Source: an uncultured Hyphomicrobiales bacterium
GTDB lineage: Bacteria; Pseudomonadota; Alphaproteobacteria; Rhodospirillales; CAYFNC01
Reading direction: 5' to 3'
NCBI GenBank assembly: GCA_964344345.1
Contig: CAYFNC010000005.1
Span: forward strand, 2,338-66,337
DNA: 64,000 nucleotides
Shown: in pieces, positions 58,143-64,000 of the stretch
Layout: each line of letters opens with the position of its first letter
Numbering within the stretch: the stretch's first letter is position 1
Program-made: the position numbers and the translations under genes
The notes under the pieces: model-generated
Seen by the model: the letters and a program-made list of their open reading frames with translations, nothing else
Database searches by the model: none
What the model was told of the DNA's origin: nothing

Positions 58143-60500
58143 ATGCCGGATCAGGTCGGAATAAAACAAGATGGCGGCAACATAATAATCAACACGATCA
58201 ACGTCGCCGTCGAGGACGCCAAGGCCAAACGGGAGATGGCGTTCGCCTCCCACACCGCCAAGCTCCCCGTCGTTTCCGGGCGGCTGTTCGGCCGAGAGGC
58301 GGAGCTCGCCATGCTGGACAAAGCGTGGGAGGACAAGGACATCCACATGCAGTCCGTGGTCGCCTTCGGCGGGGTCGGCAAGTCGGCGCTGACGTGGCGG
58401 TGGCTGAAGGACATGGAATCCGACAACTGGCGCGGGGCGGAGCGGGTGTTCGGCTGGTCGTTCTACAACCAGGGGCAGAAGGAAACGGCCGAAACCTCGG
58501 CCGAGCCCTTCATCCATTTCGCCCTGAATTGGTTCGGCGACCCCAACCCCTTGGACGGCGCGGCGGAGGAGCGCGCCGCCCGGCTGGTCGCGCTCATCCG
58601 GGCGAAACGGACGCTGCTGATCCTGGATGGGTTGGAGCCGATGCAGAACGCCGCGCCGGGCGTGTTCGGCCGGATCAAGGACCCGGGCCTCGCCGCCGTG
58701 GTCCGCGAGCTGGCGCTGGACAACCCCGGCCTGTGCCTGATCGCCACCCGGGTCGCGGTGGCGGACGTCGAGCATTTCGACGGGGCCCAGGCGCGGGTTC
58801 ACGACCTGCAAACCCTGTCCAAGGAGGCGGGGGCGTCGATCCTTCGCGCCCATGGGGTTGAGGGAATGGACGTGGAGCTGGAGCAGGCGTCCGAGGATTT
58901 CGGCGGCCACGGGCTGGCTCTGGACCTGCTGGGGAAATACCTGAAGCGCATCCACGGCGGCGATGTGCGCAAGCGCGACAAGGTGAAGGTGTTGAAGGTC
59001 GATGAAAAACAAGGCGGGCACGCGCGCCGGATGATGGAATCGTACGAGCCCCACCTGGGCGACGCCGAACGCGCCATCCTGCGGCTGCTGGGGTTGTTCG
59101 ACCGTCCGGCGGAATGGAAATTGATTAACGTGGTGGCGGCGGCCCCGGCGATCGAGGACTTCACCGAACACCTGGTCGGGCTTGGGGAGGAGGGTTGGGC
59201 CGAGGCGCTGGCGACGCTTCGCGACGAACGCCTGCTGCTCGACGGCCCCAACGACGCCCCGCTCGACGCCCACCCCCTGGTGCGCGAGCATTTCGGCGCG
59301 GCGCTGAAGCGCGAGAACGAGGCGGCCTGGAAGGAAGCCCATTCCCGCCTCTACGACCACCTGCGCGACGCCACCGAGGACCTCCCCGACACCCTGGACG
59401 GCCTCGCCCCCCTCTACCAGGCCGTGGCCCACGGCTGCGCCGCCGGGCGGTATGCTGAGGCGTTTGACGAGGTGTATTGGCGGCGGATCATGCGGGAGGA
59501 CAAGTTTTTCGCCACGAGAGAGCTCGGCGGTTACGGCCCCGACCTCGGGGCGGCGGCGTGCTTTTTCGAGACGCCCTGGTCCAAGCCGGTGGAGGCGCTG
59601 GAGGAACGCGAACGGTCCTGGCTTCTCAACGCGGCCGGGTTACGCCTCCGCACGCTGGGCCGGTTCGGGGAAGCGGCCGCGCCCATGGCGGCGGGGTTGG
59701 AAAGCGTCATCGCCCGAGAGGACTGGAAAGACGCCGCCGTCCAGGCCTCCAGCATGAGCCAGCATCACCTCGCCCTCGGCGCGGTGCCGCTCGCGGAGGA
59801 GGCGGGCGCGCGGGCGGTGGAGTTGGCCGAGCGCGGCGGCGATGCGGGCCGGCGCATGATCAACAGGACTGTCCACGCCGACGCCCTGCATCAGGCGGGC
59901 GGCCTCGACGCGGCCGAGGTCCTGTTCCGCGAGGCCGAGGCCATGCAGAAGGAATTCCAGCCCGGCGATCCCATCCTCTATTCCCTTCAGGGCTTCCGGT
60001 ACTGCGACCTTCTGCTGGCGCGCGGGCGGGCGTCCGAGGCGCGGGAGCGGGCCAGGGACACCAGGGTTGTCGCCGAGGGCAACATCTGGCTTCTCGACAT
60101 CGCCCTCGACGCCTTGACCATCGGCCGCGCCCACTTGGCCGAGGGCGACGCGGACGCGGCCCGGACGTGGCTGGACCGCGCCGTGGACGGCCTGCGCCGG
60201 GCGCATCACAACGAATTCCTCCCCCGAGGCCTCCTCGCCCGCGCGGCGCTGGGACGGACGGTGGAGGATTTCGACGACGCCGAACGCGACCTGGACGAGG
60301 CCTGGGCCATCGCCGAGCGCGGGCCCATGCGGCTTCACATGGCCGACGCGCAGTTGGAATGGGCGCGGCTGCGCTTGGCCCAAAACCGCGTTCCCGACGC
60401 CCGCGACCACCTGGACAAGGCCCGCGCCCTGATCGACGAGACCGGCTACCACCGCCGCGACGCGGACGTCATCGAGTTGGAGGCGGCGCTGGGGTCCTAG
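58143..60500 (+). CDS. STAND NTPase, NB-ARC-type, with C-terminal TPR-like repeats and no recognisable effector domain
   Basis: P-loop VVAFGGVGKSALTW. Walker B RTLLILDGLEPMQ. LCLIATRVAV. GGHGLALDLLGKYL (GLPL-like). DAHPLVREHF (MHD-like). About 300 aa of helical repeats at the C-terminus. Confidence 0.8.
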   Translation: MPDQVGIKQDGGNIIINTINVAVEDAKAKREMAFASHTAKLPVVSGRLFGREAELAMLDKAWEDKDIHMQSVVAFGGVGKSALTWRWLKDMESDNWRGAERVFGWSFYNQGQKETAETSAEPFIHFALNWFGDPNPLDGAAEERAARLVALIRAKRTLLILDGLEPMQNAAPGVFGRIKDPGLAAVVRELALDNPGLCLIATRVAVADVEHFDGAQARVHDLQTLSKEAGASILRAHGVEGMDVELEQASEDFGGHGLALDLLGKYLKRIHGGDVRKRDKVKVLKVDEKQGGHARRMMESYEPHLGDAERAILRLLGLFDRPAEWKLINVVAAAPAIEDFTEHLVGLGEEGWAEALATLRDERLLLDGPNDAPLDAHPLVREHFGAALKRENEAAWKEAHSRLYDHLRDATEDLPDTLDGLAPLYQAVAHGCAAGRYAEAFDEVYWRRIMREDKFFATRELGGYGPDLGAAACFFETPWSKPVEALEERERSWLLNAAGLRLRTLGRFGEAAAPMAAGLESVIAREDWKDAAVQASSMSQHHLALGAVPLAEEAGARAVELAERGGDAGRRMINRTVHADALHQAGGLDAAEVLFREAEAMQKEFQPGDPILYSLQGFRYCDLLLARGRASEARERARDTRVVAEGNIWLLDIALDALTIGRAHLAEGDADAARTWLDRAVDGLRRAHHNEFLPRGLLARAALGRTVEDFDDAERDLDEAWAIAERGPMRLHMADAQLEWARLRLAQNRVPDARDHLDKARALIDETGYHRRDADVIELEAALGS

Positions 60501-60549
60501 CGCCCGCCGCATCCAAAAACGAACCGCCCCGCCCCTTCCCCCGTCACCC

Positions 60550-60578
60550 CCGGGTCAAGCCCGGCCATGACGAAAGAA
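60550..60578 (+). repeat. 29-bp REP-family copy (ccgggtcaagcccggccatgacgaaagaa), left of arsM
   Basis: Identical to 62363-62391. Confidence 0.7.
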
Positions 60579-60835
60579 ACGGCGAGCCCCATTATACAGC
60601 CGGCCAAGGACTTGACCGGCTCCAATCCCTCAATCGCCGGGCGCATTCCTCCGGAATGCTTGGCTTTCGGCGCATAATCGCCGGCCCGCTTCGCAGGCTG
60701 CCAAGCGATCGCAAGTCATAGCTCGCGCCGCTTGGTATTACGCCAAGCCTCCCCAGGCTCCATGCGCGCCTTGACATCGCGCGCCGATCTCCTATCTCTT
60801 CCGGAATTGTCCCAACCCTCGACAAGGAGCCGCCC

Positions 60836-61687
60836 GTGCCCGAATCCGACCATCACGACGTGCGCAAGACCGTGCGCGACAGCTACGCCGGCATCGCGAC
60901 CCAGGGCGGCAACTCCGGCTGCTGCGCGCCCGCGAGCGGGGGCGCGTCCGGCTGTTGCGGCCCGGCCCCCGACATCAGGATCCCGACGGCCGAGGAAATG
61001 TCCTCCTTTTTCGGGTATTCCGCCGAGGAAATGGCCGAGGCGCCGGACGGCGCCAACCTGGGACTCGGCTGCGGCAACCCCCAGGCCATCGCCGACATGA
61101 AGACGGGCGAGACCGTGGTGGATTTGGGCTCCGGCGCCGGCTTCGACGTCTTCCTCGCCGCGGGCAAGGTGGGGCTCCGGGGCCGGGTGATCGGCGTCGA
61201 CATGACCCATGAAATGCTGGCCAAGGCGCGGGACAACGCGGAAAAGGGCGGATACGGAAACGTCGAGTTCCGGCTTGGCGAGATCGAATACCTGCCCATC
61301 GCCGACGGGACGGCGGACGTGATCATCTCCAACTGCGTCATCAACCTGTCGCCGGACAAGCCCCAGGTCCTGGCCGAAGCCTTCCGCGTGTTGAAGCCGG
61401 GCGGGCGCATCGCCATCTCGGACGTGGTCGCGACCCAGCCGTTCCCCCGGGACATGATGGAGGACGCGCACCTTCTGTCGGGTTGCGTCACCGGGGCGAG
61501 CCCGGTCGCGGACCTGCAGGCCTGGCTCGAAGGCGCGGGCTTCGCCCGGGTCCGGATCGACGTCAAGGAGGAAAGCCGCGCCGGCATCGCCGACTGGGCG
61601 CCCGGGCGCGGGATCGAAAACTACGTGGTCTCGGCCATCATCACCGCCGAGAAGCCGGGGGGGTGCGGCTGCGTCGGGCCTTGCTGA
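60836..61687 (+). CDS. arsM: Arsenite S-adenosylmethionine methyltransferase-like protein
   Basis: GTG start with SD AAGGAG. Cys pairs GCCAP...GCCGP. The hallmark NLGLGCGNPQAIA. SAM motif VVDLGSGAGFD. LSGCVTGA. Cys-rich tail GGCGCVGPC. Confidence 0.8.
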   Translation: MPESDHHDVRKTVRDSYAGIATQGGNSGCCAPASGGASGCCGPAPDIRIPTAEEMSSFFGYSAEEMAEAPDGANLGLGCGNPQAIADMKTGETVVDLGSGAGFDVFLAAGKVGLRGRVIGVDMTHEMLAKARDNAEKGGYGNVEFRLGEIEYLPIADGTADVIISNCVINLSPDKPQVLAEAFRVLKPGGRIAISDVVATQPFPRDMMEDAHLLSGCVTGASPVADLQAWLEGAGFARVRIDVKEESRAGIADWAPGRGIENYVVSAIITAEKPGGCGCVGPC

Positions 61688-61691
61688 ACCC

Positions 61692-62408
61692 ATGCCCCGC
61701 GACACGGTTCTGTTCGACATCAACGAAACCGTTCTGGACCTTTCGTCACTGAGGCCCGGGTTCGAGGCGGCGTTCGGCGACGCGGCGGCGGCGTCCACGT
61801 GGTTCGCCATGCTATTGCATTCGTCGACCGTCTGCGCCTTGACCGGGGTTGGGACCGGGTTCGCCGATCTGGCAGCCGCCACGCTGGACGCCTTGGCCGC
61901 GCGCCGGGGCGCGGCGGTGTCCCCGGATCAAAAGGACGGAATCCTCGCCGGTTTCGCAAGCCTTGCGCCCCACGCGGACGTCAAGCCCGGCCTGGCGCGC
62001 CTGCGGGCGGGAGGATACCGGACGGTCGCGTTCTCCAATTCCTCGCGAAAGCTGGTGGCGAGCCAGATCGCCAACGCCGGGCTCGAAGATCATTTCGACG
62101 AGGTTCTTTCGGTCGAGGAAACGGGAAGCTTCAAGCCCGACGCCAAGGTCTATCGCTTCGGCGCGGAGCGCCTTGGGCGGTACATCGAGGATTTGCGCCT
62201 CGTCGCCACCCATGACTGGGACACCCACGGCGCCATGTCTGCGGGCATGCGCGCGGCCTACATCGACCGTTCTGGCGCGCCGTACCATCCGCTCTACCTG
62301 CGCCCGGGCGTTTACGCCTCGGACATGGGCGAGGTCGCGGAGCGGATCATCGCCGTCGATAGCCGGGTCAAGCCCGGCCATGACGAAAGAATGAGCGAAT
62401 CCCTTTAA
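61692..62408 (+). CDS. HAD-superfamily hydrolase (haloacid dehalogenase type II-like)
   Basis: Motif I LFDINETVLDL, motif II VAFSNSS, and K...HDWD motifs. The last ~15 codons (SRVKPGHDERMSESL) are encoded by a REP-family element. Confidence 0.7.
   Translation: MPRDTVLFDINETVLDLSSLRPGFEAAFGDAAAASTWFAMLLHSSTVCALTGVGTGFADLAAATLDALAARRGAAVSPDQKDGILAGFASLAPHADVKPGLARLRAGGYRTVAFSNSSRKLVASQIANAGLEDHFDEVLSVEETGSFKPDAKVYRFGAERLGRYIEDLRLVATHDWDTHGAMSAGMRAAYIDRSGAPYHPLYLRPGVYASDMGEVAERIIAVDSRVKPGHDERMSESL
62363..62391 (+). repeat. 29-bp REP-family copy, right of the arsM-HAD pair (inside the HAD 3' end)
   Basis: Identical to 60550-60578. Confidence 0.7.
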
Positions 62409-62421
62409 GTCAGACCTAATT

Positions 62422-63123
62422 CTAGGCGTCCTTCGCCAGCCTGAGCCCATAGGTCCCGAACCCCTGGTCGGGCAGGCCCCCCATGCGGCGCGAGCATCTT
62501 AGGCCCTCGGCGTGGCGCTTCCAGCTGCCGCCCCGGAAGCTCCGGTGCGAGCCGCCGGTCTCGGGGATTTTGGCGCCCGAGGCCAGCGCCGCGTGGGCGT
62601 CGGTGAAGTAGAGCTCGTGGGTCCATTCGTGGGCGCCGCCGCTCATGTCGCATAGGCCGAGCGCGTTCGGCTTCTTCAGGCCCACCGGATGGGTGCGGAA
62701 GGTGGAGTTGGCGTCGTACCAGGCGAAGTCGACCAGCTCTTCGATGTCGCTGGTGCCCGCCCATTTCCGCTTTTGGCCCCGGTCGCGGGCGGCGAACTCC
62801 CATTCGGCCTCGCGCGGCAGGCGGTATCCGCCCTCGGTCAGCTCGTTGAGCTTGGCGATGAAGTCCTGGGCCTGGTCCCAGCTCACCATTTCCAAGGGAT
62901 AGTCGTCGCCCTTCTTGAACATGGACGGGTTGTAGTCCATGACCTTGCGCCATTGGCCCTGAGTGACCGGATATCGGCCGATCCAGAAGTCGCCGACCTT
63001 GGTCGGCACCACCGGAAGCTCGTCCGGGAAGCCGTCGCCGAACAGGTCGCCCATGTCGAAGCGTCCGCCCTCGACGAAGACGAACGGCATGCCGGTGACG
63101 GGATCGACGTGGGTTGCGGTCAT
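62422..63123 (-). CDS. FGE-sulfatase (SUMF1/EgtB/PvdO) domain protein, paralog 2
   Basis: ATG 63123 (MTATHVDPVTGMPFVFVEGGRFDMGD). YRLPREAEWEFAAR, GGAHEWT and FRGGSW motifs. 233 aa, no signal peptide. ATGA overlap with the upstream paralog. Confidence 0.8.
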   Translation of the reverse strand: MTATHVDPVTGMPFVFVEGGRFDMGDLFGDGFPDELPVVPTKVGDFWIGRYPVTQGQWRKVMDYNPSMFKKGDDYPLEMVSWDQAQDFIAKLNELTEGGYRLPREAEWEFAARDRGQKRKWAGTSDIEELVDFAWYDANSTFRTHPVGLKKPNALGLCDMSGGAHEWTHELYFTDAHAALASGAKIPETGGSHRSFRGGSWKRHAEGLRCSRRMGGLPDQGFGTYGLRLAKDA

Positions 63124-63812
63124 GGCGCGGGGCTCCAGGCGACGCGGACGCCGACGTAGCTGTCCTTGTACGTCGGCCCGTGGTTCGACCGGTCCGAGCA
63201 GCGGCAGAGGACCTTGTAGCTCCGCCAGCTTCCCCCCCGGATCGTCCGGTCCTCGCCGATGCCCCGGTGGACCGGGTTGCGGGGCGCGTGGTGGGCGTAG
63301 GCGTCGTGGGCGAAGACGTCGGCGACGAACTCGTAAACGTTGCCCGACATGTCGTGAAGGCCGAGCCCGTTGGGCTTGAGCTTGCCCACCGGTTGGGTCT
63401 GCTTGCCCGCCGTGTCGTCGTACCAGGCGTATTCGGGGGCCAGGTCGGGGTCCGCGAGGCCCGCCAGATATTCGTCCTTGCCGCCGCTCCTGGCCGCGTA
63501 CTCCCACTCGGCCTCGGTGGGGAGCCGGAAGGTTCCCTCGGCCTTCGCGTTCAGGGCGGCGAGGAAGTCCTGGACGTCGAACCAGCTCACGGTTTCCACC
63601 GGATGGTCGGGGCCGAGCGCGAACGTGGACGGGTTCGCGCCCATGGCCGCCTCCCACTGGACCTGGGTGACGAGGAAGCGGCCGAGGTGGAAATCGTCCA
63701 CCGCCACCTCGTGGACCGGCAGCTCGTTCTGGAACCCGTCGCCGAACCCGTCGCCCATGCGGAACGACCCGCCGGGGACCGGGACCAGATCGATTCCCGC
63801 CACGGTCTTCAT
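63120..63812 (-). CDS. FGE-sulfatase (SUMF1/EgtB/PvdO) domain protein, paralog 1
   Basis: LVPVPGGSFRMGD, FRLPTEAEWEYAAR, GNVYEFV and IRGGSW motifs. 230 aa, no signal peptide. Starts 1 nt after the upstream stop. Confidence 0.8.
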   Translation of the reverse strand: MKTVAGIDLVPVPGGSFRMGDGFGDGFQNELPVHEVAVDDFHLGRFLVTQVQWEAAMGANPSTFALGPDHPVETVSWFDVQDFLAALNAKAEGTFRLPTEAEWEYAARSGGKDEYLAGLADPDLAPEYAWYDDTAGKQTQPVGKLKPNGLGLHDMSGNVYEFVADVFAHDAYAHHAPRNPVHRGIGEDRTIRGGSWRSYKVLCRCSDRSNHGPTYKDSYVGVRVAWSPAP

Positions 63813-63813
63813 G

Positions 63814-64000
63814 TTATTGGTCCTTGTCGGCCAGATAGGGCGCGACCCGCTGCCCGGCCTCGGGCAGGGACCAGCCCCGCTCCTTCGCCAGGCGGGCGAG
63901 GTCGTCGAACTCGACCTTGGCCACGCCGCCCGCCTCCTTGGCCCGGACCTTGCCCCAGGGGGTTTCTATCTCCAGCGACTCGCGCGGCAGGATCAAGCGG
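63814..64000 (-). CDS. LarC-like (nickel-pincer cofactor nickel-insertion protein) C-terminal fragment; 5' part outside window
   Basis: The frame is open to the window edge. RESLEIETPWGKVRAKEAGGVAKVEFDDLARLAKERGWSLPEA follows the LarC/DUF111 C-terminal pattern (R..v.veT.wG.vrvK...PEyeD...lA...g.pl.ev). Confidence 0.5.
   Translation of the reverse strand, partial: RLILPRESLEIETPWGKVRAKEAGGVAKVEFDDLARLAKERGWSLPEAGQRVAPYLADKDQ

Noticed and set aside
57765-58164. 73- and 96-aa plus-strand ORFs upstream of the STAND gene, as a possible partner or effector
   Set aside because: The translations are Pro/Arg/Gly-rich with no structure-like pattern and no SD, and they overlap REP and C-tract elements. 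They are most likely non-coding.

Overview
High-GC chromosomal segment whose gene content and synteny look alphaproteobacterial (Rhodospirillales-like: trpB-trpA-accD-folC, carB-greA, lipA/SRPBCC/cinA/pgpA, M23-bactofilin). The taxon cannot be proven from the sequence alone. I support about 57 protein-coding genes and found no rRNA, tRNA, CRISPR array, transposase or integrase. Most long antisense ORFs in the track are GC-driven artefacts. Layout: (1) 1-16.1 kb is one tightly coupled plus-strand surface-polysaccharide operon, with many ATGA/GTGA overlaps. It encodes an ABC exporter end, a Gfo/Idh/MocA oxidoreductase, a CMP-sugar cytidylyltransferase, an SDR, a Wzy_C/O-antigen-ligase-like protein, an SGNH+MBOAT O-acetylation pair, a heparinase II/III-like protein, two AsnB-type amidotransferases, a GT2, a GT-C-like membrane protein and one unknown 522-aa protein. 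(2) 16.1-17.0 kb is an AT-richer gap with a small minus-strand gene and an orphan plus-strand terminator. (3) Housekeeping blocks follow: carB, greA, trpBA-accD-folC, purE, glgC, lipA, pgpA. (4) Signalling and envelope genes are interspersed: a divergent Crp/Fnr pair, an orphan Flp pilin with an ExeA/GspB-like pair, a Cache-PAS kinase, a GGDEF protein and an LmdC-like M23 peptidase overlapping a bactofilin. (5) 42.6-51.1 kb holds two 'periplasmic partner + hybrid histidine kinase' modules. The kinase genes share a 1,462-bp nucleotide-identical 3' cassette, and this is the strongest sequence-level anomaly in the window. (6) The right end (57.4-64 kb) looks accessory. It has a REP-like hairpin cluster, an effector-less NB-ARC/TPR STAND NTPase (a candidate NLR-like conflict or signalling protein), arsM plus a HAD gene bracketed by 29-bp direct repeats, and a LarC-like gene translationally coupled to two FGE-sulfatase-domain paralogs. 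All calls rest on reading the translations and DNA by eye. No database search was run, so family names are motif-based and start codons may shift by a few codons.
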